Shown one piece after another: positions 34,123 through 46,534 of a stretch of DNA of 64,000 bases (position 1 is the stretch's first letter; each line of letters starts with the position of its first letter). Under the pieces are notes generated by a model. It was given only the letters and a program-made list of their open reading frames with translations. It was not told where the DNA came from and made no database searches. Origin of the DNA: Squalus acanthias (taxonomy: Eukaryota); contig CM059431.1 of NCBI GenBank assembly GCA_030390025.1, forward strand, positions 119,972,001 through 120,036,000, in the 5' to 3' direction. Position numbers and translations under genes: made by a program.

Positions 34123-36228
34123 GGTGTATTTGGACTTTCAGAAGGCTTTCGATAAGGTCCCGCATAAGAGATTAGCGTGCAAAGTTAAAGCACACGGGAT
34201 TGGGGGTAAGGTACTGTCTTGGATAGAAAACTGGTTGGCAGACAGGAAGCAAAGAGTTGGAATAAACGGATCTTTTTCCGAGTGGCAGGCAGTGACTAAT
34301 GGGGTACTGCAGGGATCGGTGCTAGGACCCCAGTTATTCACAATATATATTAATGATCTCGAAGAGGGAACTAGATATAATGGGGTAGAAATTAGGTCGC
34401 GCCCCATTTGGGGCGCAAATATCGTCTGGACGCAAATATTAGCGCCTGGCGCTAATTATCGGCACTGACTGGAAACTTCACTTTTACCGCCCCGGGAGGT
34501 GAGTGGAGCGCTAAAGCAGGCGCTGCACACCTGTCTTAAGGCGCAAAGGCCAAGGAGTGAGGCGCTAACTCAGAGCGCTGGCGAAGCTCATGTAATGTCA
34601 GTCAGCAATGGAACACACACACAATGGCACGGGCCAGTTCTTAAAGGGGATGGTTAATCTTGCTTTCCATCCACATCCTGTTCATTGCAGCCTTGAATCT
34701 TGGCCTGGAGAGACTTGCACATCAAATGTGCTGGAAAGAACAATGGAGAGTACCAGGCAAAGAGCTCAGAGTGCAGCTCCCACAGTCTCTGCTAAATCGA
34801 TACAAGGAATGGCAAATCAAAATGAACCTGCAAAGTGCTGCTCAGTACCCAAAACTCCTTCACACAACGTTGAATCTCTCCAGAAGTCTCTCCCTCTCTC
34901 TCTCAGAATGCGTAGTTCAAAAATGCCACCAACAATAAAAGACAGGAAGAGGCCCCCTTTAAATAGCGCCACCCCCAGCCCCACAGCGATTGATAGCGTT
35001 CCAGTCTTCTGGTCGTTGGATGCGCCAGGCGGTAAGGCAGGGGGCGCCACTCAATTTCCGCTCCGGGGCGCCACAAGGGCGTTGCACCATGGAATGACGT
35101 CACAATCTGCGCGCGCAGGTGGTCGCAGCGGTAAGTTTTAGCGCCGCCGCACAATCTCAAGTTAAGTTCTCGAGCGGCGCAAACATCGCTGCGCCCGGGC
35201 GTTAGCGGCTTTGCGCCCCATTAGCGCCCTCTTAAGGCGCTAACGGGAGGCGCAACCAACTGAATTTTTACCCCAATATCTCTAAGTTTGCAGACGACAC
35301 AAAGCTGGGTGGGCGTGTGTGTTGTGAGGAGGATGCAGAGAAACTCCAGTATGATTTGGACAGGTTGGGGTGATTGGGCAGATGCATGGCAGATGCAGTA
35401 TAATGTGGATAAATGCGAGGTTATCCACTTTGGTGGCAAAAACAGGAAGGCAGATTATTATCTGAACGGCAATAGATTGGGAAAAGGGGAAGTGCAATGA
35501 GACCTGGGTGTCCTTGTGCACCAGTCGCTGAAGGTAAGCATGCAGGTGCAGCAGGCGGTTAAGAAGGCAAATGGTATGTTGGCCTTCATAGCGAGAGGAT
35601 TCGAGTACAGGAGCAAGGATGTCTTGCTGCAGTTGTACAGGGCCTTGGTGAGACCACACCTTGAGTATTGTGTGCAGTTTTGGTTACCTTATCTGAGGAA
35701 GGATGTTCTTGCCATGGAGAGAGTGCAGCAAAGATTCACCAGACTGATACCTGGGATGGCAGGAATGACGTATGAAGAGAGATTGGGTCGATTGGGCTTG
35801 TATTCGCTAGAGTTTAGAAGAATGAGAGAGGATCTCATTGAAACTTATAAAATTTTAACAGGACTAGACAGACTAGATGCAGGAAGGATGTTCCCGATGG
35901 CGGGGCAGTCCAGAACCAGGGGTCACAGTCTAAGGATAAGAGGTAAGCCATTTAGGACTGAGATGAGGAGGAATTTCTTCACCCAGAGAGTGGTGAACCT
36001 GTGGAATTCTCTATCACAGAAGGTAGTTGAGTCCAATTCATTAAATATATTCAAGAAGGAGTTAGATATATTTCTTAAGGCGAAGGGGATCAAGGGATAT
36101 GGGGAGAAAGCAGGGACAGGGTACTGAATTTGGATGATCAGCCATGATCTCATTAAATGGCAGAGCAGGCTCGAGGGGCCGAATGGCCTACTCCTGCTCC
36201 TATCTTCTATGACTCTATATTTCTATGT
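34123..36228 (+). mobile_element. CR1 LINE (HER1-like), 5'-truncated, split by a Harbinger MITE
   Basis: [29 protein letters not shown], then after the MITE ISKFADDTKL..RPHLEYCVQFW..RRNFFTQRVVNLWNSL, with a CR1 3' hairpin tail. Confidence 0.95.
34382..35274. mobile_element. Non-autonomous Harbinger deletion derivative
   Basis: TIRs GGGGTAGAAATT / AATTTTTACCCC and an AAT TSD. It interrupts CR1 RT just before FADD and retains a Myb start remnant (MESTRQRAQSAAP). Confidence 0.9.
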
Positions 36229-36274
36229 AAAATTGTTGCAAACTTTCCAATGAACTGACCAAGACACAAGGAAA

Positions 36275-36475
36275 ACTCCTTGCTCTAATAATGTCATAGG
36301 ATTTTTTATCTCCATCTGAGAAAACAGACAGGGCCTTTTTTAACGTCTCATCCAAAAGTGAGCACTTCCAACCCCTTCAGTGCTGCACTGAGGTTTCAGC
36401 CTAGCTTATATAGTCGAGTCTCTGGAGTGAGCCTTGAACCCACAGTCTTCTGACTCTGAAGCAGGAGTGCTACAA
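36275..36475 (-). mobile_element. Deu-domain-type SINE fragment
   Basis: Homologous to 38620-39476 and 40879-40925, including the tRNA-like head (CTTGAACCCACA on plus). Confidence 0.6.
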
Positions 36476-37329
36476 AGAGGCAGTTCGGAGCTGTGCCATC
36501 TGATGTAAGGACACCTCCACCACAGGGTACAGCTCTTCCAGTCGTAGTCAAGGTCGCCTCCTCCCTCAACTGTTATGTCTTTGCCTCCTTCTGGGTGATT
36601 TCTAATATCAGCTAATTTTCTGCTTGCAGATACTTCACTCAAGTGACTGATCAATTGTTCAGTAGGGCCACCACTTCCATTTCTTTTCCACCAAGTACTA
36701 AAAGCAGCATGACAAGCTGCCCACTTTCAGAGCATTGCTACATTGCACAAAGTGCAGCATATCATTGATGCCTCCATGTGGCCATCCTGCAGTCCATCCT
36801 ATGTGTTAATAGCTGAACATGCATTATTCAGCTAGGGTTGAAAGGACTTGTTGAGTGAGGCACTGATAAGATTTCAGCGCAACAGCAGTTCCAAATATAA
36901 CTGGCATTCTGCACTTCTACATATCGAAGGTTTGGACATGTAAGCTAAGGATTCAAAACGCTATAAGGCTACATTAAACCTTTTACCAAGCAAGCACTGC
37001 AAGGGTTTCTGTGGACAAAGTTTGACGCCTGGACACTTGGGACATAAACTTGCTCATTGAATCTGCTGGGTAGTATTACTTTGGCATTTTCTTCCACCTT
37101 CTTCCACATTTGCAGTCAAGTCCTCTGGATATTGCAAAGAGCATTCACCCTTTCAGATATCACCTACCAGACATTTTGAATGACTCTTTCTGTGGAGTGT
37201 TCCCTCGACTCCAAATCACAGCAACCCTTTTTGAATTCCTAATTGGATTTATTAGTGACTATCTTATATTTATGGCACCTAGGTTTGGACCTCCCCACAA
37301 CTGGAAACATCTTCTCGACATCTAACCTA

Positions 37330-37562
37330 TCAACCCCCTTCATAAAGACCCCTGTCAGCTCATCCCTCAGCCTTCACTTTTCTAGAGAATAGAGCCCCAG
37401 CCTGTTCAGTCTTTCCTGATAGTTATAATCTCTCAGTTCTGGTATCATCCTTGTAAATCTTGTTTGCCCCTTCTCCAGTACCTCTATATCCTTTTGAAAA
37501 CTGGAGACCAGAACCGTGCATAGTGTGGTCTAACCAAGGTTCTATATAAGTTTAGCATAACT
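37330..37562 (-). mobile_element. CR1 LINE ORF2 fragment
   Basis: The reverse strand resembles LNLYRTLVRPH..VLVS..KDIEVLEKGQTRFTRMIPELRDYNYQERLNRLGLYSLEK. Confidence 0.7.
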
Positions 37563-38660
37563 GCATGTATCAGCACATCAAGAAGACCATCGATTAATAA
37601 GCCAGTGCATTTTTGAGAACCTTGCGTTATTGAGAAATATATGAATCTTTAATCCCCTTCAAAAAATAAATTGAATAAAGTGATGAAAGAAACTTCTTGA
37701 ATGATTTGCATTATAACCCTTTATATCATATGGGAGTTTAATGCAGACTATTGATTAATTTTAATTCAAAATGTTTCTCTCATGTCTTTATTCAATGCAT
37801 TTTTTATTCATTGGCCAGCTGGGGAAACCTTGTATAAGAGTTTGGCTGCAGCCTGCTCATCACTGATTTTACACAGATATGTAGAATTTACAACACAGAA
37901 ACAGGCTATTCGGCCTAACTGGTCTATGCCGGTGTTAATGCTCCACACAAGCCTCCTCCCACCCTACTTCATCTAACCCTAGCTGCATATCTTTTGCAAT
38001 CTATCGAGTTTTGCTTTGTAAAGAAATATCACTGTCATATATATATCTGATCTTTACTGCGTCTGCTTCTCAGTACAAAATAAAAAACAATTGAACTAAA
38101 AGAAATAGAAGATACTGAACAATTGGCTTCATTGCAATACAAAGGCCAGGCTTCTCCTCTTTGGGGCAGAGTTCCAAATGGGCTGGACTTCCTCTTCTCC
38201 TTCCGAATCTGCCCCAATGCCGACCCATTTCCCTGGGTTGGGAGTCATTAGCAACGCATGGTGGGCTCTCAGCAGAATTCCCTCCACTAACAGGGAGTCC
38301 ACCAGTGCTAAGAGGACAATCCCACAGTGCTGCAGCAAGGATTTCACTGACAGACTTGACCAAGAGTGGGCCCTCAATAGAAAGAAATTTAAAAAAAGAA
38401 ATACTTGCATTTATATAGCACCTTTCATGACCTCAGCACATCCCAAAGCACTTTGCAGCCAATGAAGTACTTTTGAAGTGTAGTCACTGTTGTAATGTAG
38501 GAAACGCAGCAGCCAGTTTGCACACAGCAAACTCTTACAAACAACAATGTGATAATGACCAGATAATCTGTTTTTGTTATATTGATTGAAGAATAAATGT
38601 TGGCCAGGACACTGGGGATAGCTCCTCTGCTCTTCTTCAAAATAGTGCCATGGGATCTTT

Positions 38661-39338
38661 GGGGGAAAAATTGAGTCGTGCCCCCTTTGGGGCGCTAACT
38701 TCGCCGGGGCGCTACTTTTAGCACCCCCGCGGCCGAAATTCATCAGTAGCGCCCCAAGAGGGAAGCGGGGCGCTGTGAGGGAATATCGCGGCATGCACTG
38801 CGGGATGTTGCACCGCGGTACTGCAGGCCTTCCTCCCCTTCTTAAAGAGGAGGGGCCTTGCGCAGCGTGACCTGGGGCTCAGCTGGGCCACCAGGGATCG
38901 GAGTGCCAGCAAAAGAGCTCGGCACTCAAGAGAAGTGCCGGGCTCATGGAGCACAGCTGGCACGCTGCGGGGAGGCTGAAGAGGAGGCCGGGGACGGCAA
39001 CTGGGGCAGGTGCTGGCAGGCAGCCAGCAACAAAAATGGCCGCCTGGCACTTCGCCTTTAAATAGCGCCGCCACGGCCGCAGGTATGCCCCCCTGACCCC
39101 GTCGGACATAGCGTCCGGCGGTAAGTCAGGGGGTGCCACCGAAGATTGTGGCCGGGGCGCTGTGCACGGCAATGACATCATCGCCAGCGGCACAGTGCCG
39201 CACGGCGCTAACGGCTACCGCCGCCACTAACCTCCCGCTGAATTTCACGGGAGGCATTGGCGGCGCCACACCCGGGCGCTAGTTGCTTTGTGCCCCGTTA
39301 GCGCCCTCTTAGGCGCAAAGCAACCAAGTGTTTTCCCC
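38661..39338. mobile_element. Harbinger MITE (GCGCTA-motif family)
   Basis: GGGGGAAAAATT / GTGTTTTCCCC termini. Homologous to 48055-48537 and 34382-35274. Confidence 0.8.
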
Positions 39339-39476
39339 ATTATGTCCACCTGAGAGAGTAGACAGGGACTCGGTTTAACATCTCAGCTGAAAGACAGCAC
39401 CTTCAACATTGCAGCACTCCCTCCATCTAGATTTTTGTGCTCTAGTTTCTGGCGAGGGACTTGAACCCACAACCTT

Positions 39477-40878
39477 TGTAAGGTTTCCAAAATTTGCAGA
39501 TCCCCAAAATCTATGGAAAAAGGACTTGGAACTACCTCAGAGTGATAAAAATGCATTTGGGCCTAACATAAGGAATTTAAGACCAAAAACCAAGTTTTGG
39601 CATTTTAAAAACATGTCTGGGCCTGTAAAGTGAGAAAAGGCTGCGAAAGAAGTTGGGTTCAACGTCCGCAAAAGCAGTTTTGGGTATTGCAGTTAATTGC
39701 ATTGTCTGGGAATCGGGATGACCTCACTCAAGCCCCAGCAAGCATTAACATTTTGACAATAGACCCTAGGAGGAGACAGTCCCACCCAAAACAACAGGTC
39801 CCATCAAACCGATTACAGAACCCATTAAAGACATGCATAAAGCAAATATTCGATCGAAGTCCGAGGCCTAGTCAAGAAACCCAAAACATGAGGACAATTC
39901 AAACTCCGATTAAACAACAGATCAACAGGATGGAGCTATCCTGAAACCACTTCACACATTTACAAAACCAGTTAACACGCTAGTAAAGTCGTTACTGTTA
40001 ACGAGGTCTTACAATGACCGGGATTTGATTTGGTTTTGGTAAGGCCACTTCAATTTAGTATAATTGAAGACCCATTAAGCAGTTCAAAAAAAAAGCAGTG
40101 ACAACAGTTCAAGTTCAACAGAAGGCAGTTCTTCAGTTTTGGAGTTCAATTTGAAAGCCTGTTTTCAGCAGAAGTCAGTGCTGGAATTACAGAGTTCAGG
40201 AGAAGCAAGTTGGGCAGTTAAAGAAGACAGTTCAGTAAGAAGGGAGTTCTCCAGTTCTCCAGTAAAACAGTTCAAGTTCAACAAGCAGGCAGAAGGCAGT
40301 TCCCACAGTTCTGCAAGAAGACAGTTACAGTTCTGCAAGAACGCAGTTCCACAGCTCGGAAGAAGACAGTTTAAACAGAGGCAGAGTTCAACAGAAACAT
40401 TTCAACAAAGAAGGCCAACAGCTCCAGAAGCAGGCCGACACGCAAGAAGAAACCAGAGCGGCCACCTCAGTGACCATCGGACACCTCGCGGCAACAAGGG
40501 CCTTACAAAACTTTTTACTCCAAAGACTCTAAACCCGAACTCTCACCTGTCAAGGATTCGTTTGGTGAGCATTATCCCTGGTTCTCCAGAGTCCAACCTA
40601 GCTAGTGAAGTGGGGTTGGGAGGGGTGAAGTATTCTTTTAATGTTATTTCCCTCACTTGTACCGAAGTGTACCCCACCTTTAGAGTGTTAAGAGTGTTTG
40701 TGTTTTGTTTTACTTTCATGAATAAAGATTGAAGTTCCTTCATCAAACTCAGTTGTCTGCTGCACCTTTTGTATCACAACCCCCAAATAAGTCCAAGGTC
40801 TAGAACCAAGGGATAGGAAGCGATTCGAACCGCTCAGAAGTCAGGGGCAAAGCTGACACAAAAACACCACCCCCTACA
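39477..40878 (+). mobile_element. Solo LTR (about 1.4 kb)
   Basis: TGTAAG...CCTACA termini and a CCTT TSD on both sides. TATA-like GTATAATT at about 40058 and AATAAA at 40721. Confidence 0.85.
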
Positions 40879-42207
40879 CCTTCTGCCTCAGAGAGCAAGA
40901 GTGCTACCCACTGAGCCACAGCTAAGTTTTGGGAGTGGAATAGCGGGAGAGGAGAGCACTACAATGTCATCTGCAGGAGCAGGGTCTATCACCACCTTCT
41001 TCAAAGCACCCCAGGAAATGGCCATGATAGGTGGATATCTGCTGGGGTTCCATACCCTGCCCACCCCCACCCCCACTTGCGTTTACATGTGGTGGGTGGA
41101 GAAGGAGAACCCAGCAATCTCAGTGGGGGTGGATAGAGGGAAATACTGCTTGGGCAGTGATGTGACAGTCGGCCTCATTCTTTGAATTTTCCTCAATTCT
41201 CCTCCTATATCATGCCAAAATTAGGCAAGATTATGGAGGTCAGTCTTGAGCAAAATGTCTTAACTCACATAGAAAGTTAGAAAACTGCAAATGTTGCAAA
41301 TCTGAAATAAAACAGAAAATGCTGCAAATGCACTGTAGGTCCATCAGCATCTGTAAAGAGAAATGACAGGTTGATGTTTCTGGTTTAGCCCCTTGTTCAC
41401 AACTAATGCCTTTGTTCATGGTATTCACAACTTTGTTGCGATGACTAGGTAGGACTAAAAACTCTAGGCAAAGATTGATGTCAGGAAGTATATTTTTTCT
41501 CACACAGAATCATCGACCTCTGGAACATATGAATAAAATCCACTAAATAAAGAAATGAGAGAAATGTTTAAAATTAAAATCAATCAATTATCTACATTAA
41601 ACTCCAATGTGATATAAAGGGGCTTAATGCAGATGAAGTTCCTGAGTTACAGAGCGTAATTTGCAAGTTAGCTGTGGTTCTGAGCAGTCTCCAGTTTGCT
41701 GGATTGCCTTAAGGGGTCAGAAAGGAATTTTCTTTGAGTTTTTCTTGAATTAGCCATGAATTTTTTCTTTGATTTTCTTTTTTGCCTCTCGCAGGAGATA
41801 ATGGAGCTTGATAGTTTTTTCCTGTCCTTTTTATCTGTTTGTACTTCTCACTATATCATGTAGGTAGAATTGTATACTCACTTGCCTAGTTTGTGAAGTG
41901 TATTTTTTTTCCCTCATTCACTTATTTCTCTGACAGTAACTATTATAGAGCAACATTTTTTGCTTCTAGTAGCTCCCCATCTTAGCACAAACATCCTAAT
42001 GAATCATGGTAACGTTCCATGTCTCTGTCTTGCATTTATCACTTATTACTTTTCCAAGCTAGATACACAGGGAAGCTTTAAATTTAATTCCCATTTACTT
42101 ATATTTCTGCATAAAACATTCCAACTGTTTGTATTTCAAAGCATTATGTTTTGATTTATAATTCTAAAGATTAATAGCATAGGGAGGGCAGAAACCAATA
42201 AACACTT

Positions 42208-42378
42208 TGGGGGTGGAATTCAACTTCAATAGGGATGCAAAATGGGCAGTGGCAGATTCGCTGCCAATATACACCCCGCCCGAGATTTCAATGGAAAGTA
42301 AAATTGGTCAGGGTGCATAACTGCTGGCCGATCCATTACCTCCCATTTTGCACTCACGCAGGAGTTGAATTAAACCCA
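42208..42378. mobile_element. Small palindromic MITE (related partial copies at about 42432-42570 and 48648-48755)
   Basis: GGGGGTGGAATTCAACT ... AGTTGAATTAAACCC termini with internal inverted arms. Confidence 0.55.
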
Positions 42379-42817
42379 CTTTGAATCTTACTGCTGCAAC
42401 CCTATAAATACCCGCTGTAATACAGGATCCTGGGGGTGAAATTCAACTTGGGTAGGGGCACAAAGTGGGCGGTAGCAGATCGGCCGCCCATTATACACCC
42501 CACCCAATATTCTGAAAATTGAGTGGGCTGTATAACAGGCGGCCGATTGAATTTTACAGCACTCACGCCCCACTCCCCCCGCCCCCTTCCCATTCTCTTA
42601 AAAGCAAGCTCCCAGCAGTAGCTCAGTGCAGGGACAGGAGCTAACATGGAATAAGTACTGAGCCCCAAATGCTGAAGTTATGGCTGGGGTGGCTGTGCAG
42701 AAGCAGCTGTACGAATGACTCACTTTGCACTTTACCCAACCTGGGAGTGCACAAATCAGAAAATCCACCTAATGTAGCATGAGAAGTACAAAGTAGTCTT
42801 CAGGTTAAGCACTGTAA

Positions 42818-43172
42818 TGGCTCTGGCAATGCCTTGATTTTAAAATTCTCATCCTTGTTTTCAAATCCCTCCATGTCCTCACCCCTCCCTATCTCTGTAA
42901 CCTCATCCAGCTCTCCAAGATCTCTGCACTGCTCCAATTCTGGCCTCTTGCGCATTCCTGATTTTTTTCGCTCCACCATTGGTGGATGTGCCTTCAGCTG
43001 CTTAGGCCCTAAGTTCTGAAATTCCCTCCTTAAACCTCTGCACCTCTCTATCTCTCTCTCCTCCTTTAAAACGCTCCTTAAAACCTACCTCTTTGACCAA
43101 GCTTTTACTTACCTGTCCTAATATCTCCTTACGTTTGATAATTGTTCCTGTGAAGCGCCTTGGGACATTTTA
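42818..43172 (+). mobile_element. L2 LINE 3' fragment
   Basis: FKILILVFKSLH..GGCAFSCLGPK..FKTLLKTYLFDQAF, followed by the GTGAAGCGCCTTGGGACATTTT tail. Confidence 0.8.
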
Positions 43173-43313
43173 CTGGAGAAATGGTGTAAACAGCCATAGT
43201 TACGGTGGGAGATATGGAAACTCCCGCAGTAATTCTACCCCAACTATCAAACCATACCACAAGCTTTACCCCAGGTTTTAATCTGTTTTATTGATATAGT
43301 CTTAAAAGACTTT

Positions 43314-46300
43314 GGGCTCGATTTTACCAGGCCCGAGGAGGCGGGTTTGGAGGCATGTGAGTTGTCAAAATCGCAAAAAATGGCAGCCGGGCCCGATCCC
43401 GCCTCCATCCCACCTCCGAGCAATTTTCCCACATTCGTGTTTTCAGACCCCATTTCCATCCCGCCTCCAAGAGACGGGATAGGCCCTTAAGGCCCTTAAC
43501 AACCACTTCATTGCCTCTATAATCCCATTTTGAGAGGCCTTTCTGATTTTTAGACATTTCCCCCATCCTACACGCCTCCTCTGGAACATGCCAGGTAATC
43601 CTGGTGGCCTCACAATTGGATTGCTTAGTAACAGCTGCAGCTCCACCATTAAAAAGGAGTTTTCAGCAGTCATCATTTGCAGGTGGCAGAACTTTGTTGT
43701 CTCAGGTCTGGGGGAGCTTTTAGCAGGTCTACTCATTGTTGTGGAAGTTTGGAGCCTGACACCCATCTCCAGTGTGTCCTGCTGGGAAACCCCTCTCCCC
43801 ACCTTGACAGAGCGCTTCCTCAGCTGAGGCATATACCAGAAGCATGGCGAACATTTATTTCCTTTCCTCCTGGACATCAGATTCAGACGAAGACCAGCCG
43901 TGGCAGCAGCAGAACCCTGAACAACAGCAGCACCAACAGCAGCAGCAACAGCAGGAGCGCCAAGCTGCTGCTCACCCACCTGAAGCTGCACAGGCCAGGA
44001 GGCACCAGCGCGCGACCACATTGCTGCCCGGGATGCAAGGGACGCACTCATCTTGGCCAGATTTGCTTAGCCTGCACAATCAAACACTTTTGCCTTGCAC
44101 CTTCTTACCAGACCATCGACAATGGACAAGAACCTGCGGATTCCTATTACTCTGACCACCATACTGACAATTGCAAGTCGCCCTAAGCCCTCAATGTGAC
44201 AGTCCCATTTGCGAAATGACACAGGCCACAACTTCAACAGTTTGCAATCAAATCTCTTTATGATACCATGACAAGGATGGCTGGTCAAAAAACAATACAT
44301 CACAGCACCCAAGTGACTACCCTTGTGACTACTTGTGCTATATCTTCCTCTTACGCATGCTCCTATGTGGTGCTTCCCCTGTGGCTTCAGCAGATGTGGT
44401 GGCCCCTTGCTCAATTTCTTGCTGCTCCTGTCTTGACACCTTTGGAGGGCGTCCTCTGAGGTTGTGAACCTGTGAGGACTCGGCATCAGTCTACTGCTCC
44501 TGCGGCTATGCAGGGGCTGAGACGCCCATCTCAGTTGGGTGAGGACTCTGGTGGGGCTCTGACCGAGGGCTTTGCATGGTCACATGAGCGCTTGGAGAGG
44601 AGCTCCCACTTCCTTGTTGTCTGCCACCAGCATCCCTCTCATGGGTCAGCCCCACTTCAGAGCTAGCAAGTGGCTTGACAGCACCTTGCTGCATTGCAGG
44701 GGGGCCATGAGGACCCATTTCTGCACTGGAAGTCCTACTCCAGAGACTTCCATGAAGGTCTGGTTTGTATGCTTAATAGCTGACCATCGCTCCTCAAGAG
44801 ATGTCACTCTATTCTGAACAATTACCATGTTTTCAATACCCTGGCGACTAAGCTCCTCCATGGCCGTAGCCATCCTCTCCTCTATGGTATCTAGCCTCAC
44901 CACAGTGTTAGCCATCCTTTCCACGGAAGTTGCCATCTTTTCCGCGGTGATGCGTTCATGCGTCAATGCCTCCACAAAGGCTCTGCTCATGTTCACGATG
45001 GACTCCTCCATTTCGCTCCACACTCGCAGCGACCCTGGAGACAAAACCTGCCAGAGACTCCTGCACCTGTTCCTGGAGTTCCAGCACTGCTCTCCTTCTG
45101 GATAGACCTGGAGGCACAGGGTCGACATGCAGCTGAGCCGAGCTGGCAGAGTCCTGCGCCCTCCGATGAGGACTCTCCACTGCTGTCCCTGTCTCCACCA
45201 TCTACTGATGCTCACTACTCTATCTCGCAAAGGTCCCACTGATGTGTGAGTGTCTGCGCTGGTGCTGGGTGCGCTGAATTCTGCTGATGCTGCGCCCTCA
45301 GAGGTTGCAGCTTTCTCTGAGGAGTCTGGAGGCTCAGGCTGTTCCTCCTGGACAGTGGGGACGGGGGCTTACGATGGTCCTGTGGGGGAGTAAAGGAAAG
45401 AGTAGGAGATGTGAGGTCAAGGTTACATGCACATTGAATAGTGCAGATGGTCATAAGTCAATCTGTTAGAGCATTAGAATCATTATCAGTGACTCATCCT
45501 ATGTCAATGAGAGAGATGCCAAACTATTCTGTCATCAGCTTGCTGTGATGTGCCCGTCTGTCCATCCCCCACTTGGGAATCCTCCTCGATCCCAGCAATT
45601 TCCAGGGCTGCCTCCTCCCAGGCAGTGAGCTGGGCTACTGAGGGTGGCCCTCCTCCTGTCATGGCTCTTTCCCTCTTATTGTGGGCTCTCTTTTCCTGCA
45701 ATGAGGGACACAAGTGGAGTTTGAGTGAGAATGAAGGAGTTAGTGTAGAGAATCCATAGCATAGATGCTTAGAAGGAGACAAAGGACCCTCCCTGTGTAT
45801 TGTAAGTTGTTGTCATTGCATCACAGTGATAGGGAGTGTGAGGGCTGCATGGTCGAATAGTTAAGTGAATGTGACCATAGAGAGAGAGGGAATGGGTAAG
45901 GCTGCAGGGATGTCAGTGTCAAGTGGGATGTGGAGGAAGAGGTTGGCAAAGCAGGGTGCTGGTGAGGAGAGACGATGGGGATCAGATTGAGGGTGATGGG
46001 AAAGTCATATTCACTTTTCCTGTGCGGAGAAGGTCATGAAACCTCTTCCTGCATTGCAGCCAGGTTCTGCGGCTCATCGAGATGGAGTTGACCTCCTGGG
46101 CCACTTGCAGCCACACAACTTTAGTCTGCTGGGGTGGCTTTTTTCTCCCTGAGGAAGGGAAGAGCACCTCCTTATTGGATCTTGCTCCCTCCACCAGAGC
46201 TTGGAGGGAGGGCTCATCAAACCTTGGAGCACACTTTGGCCTACTGCTGGACATAGTTGATCAATGAAGTGCTTACTACAATGGCCATAAAATTTGCAGT

Positions 46301-46534
46301 CTCCAGAAGAAGCAAGGCTGCTTGCAGGCCTTGAATCCAGCAGCATTGTTGCCGTCATCGGAGGTGACTTTCTGGATGAAAAGACTCATTGGGCCAGGGG
46401 TTCCATCACACTGGAAATCAATTGCCCAATTAGGGGAAAATCGCACTTTTTCCCCACTTCACTTCGGAGTCGGGGTCCTGACACGAATGCCACCTGACAC
46501 ACCCCAGCCCGCCCACAATGGCAAAATCGAGCCC
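43314..46534 (-). mobile_element. Harbinger transposon with a near-complete Myb gene but deleted transposase
   Basis: TIRs GGGCTCGATTTTACCA / TGGCAAAATCGAGCCC (15/16 match) and a TTT TSD. Only the polyQ N-terminus of the transposase remains (plus, 43844 to about 44040). Confidence 0.9.
44450..46254 (-). pseudogene. Harbinger Myb/SANT gene, three exons (46254-46015, 45695 to about 45537, about 45380-44450)
   Basis: Exon 1 reads MSSSRPKCAPRFDEPSLQALVEG..W.QVAQEVN..RRTWLQCRKRFHDLLRTGK then GTGAAT. Exon 2 follows TGCAG and reads EKRAHNKRERAMTGGGPP. Exon 3 has heptad repeats (EKMATSVERMANTV..ERMATAMEEL). Confidence 0.85.

Larger units (their letters stand above)
38400..40925 (-). mobile_element. 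tRNA-derived Deu-domain SINE (SacSINE1/AmnSINE-like) with an L2 tail, interrupted by a MITE and a solo LTR
   Basis: On minus, the head carries an A-box (GTGGCTCAGTGGG, about 40906-40918) and a B-box (GGTTCAAGTCC, about 39457-39467). The L2-type tail TGCTATATAAATGCAAGT is at about 38403-38420. The pieces are contiguous once the two insertions are removed. Confidence 0.75.

Noticed and set aside
40139..40732. 197-aa ORF inside the LTR (accessory gene?)
   Set aside because: It has a TTG start, derives from CAGTTC microrepeats and shows no recognisable domain. It cannot be supported without other copies.
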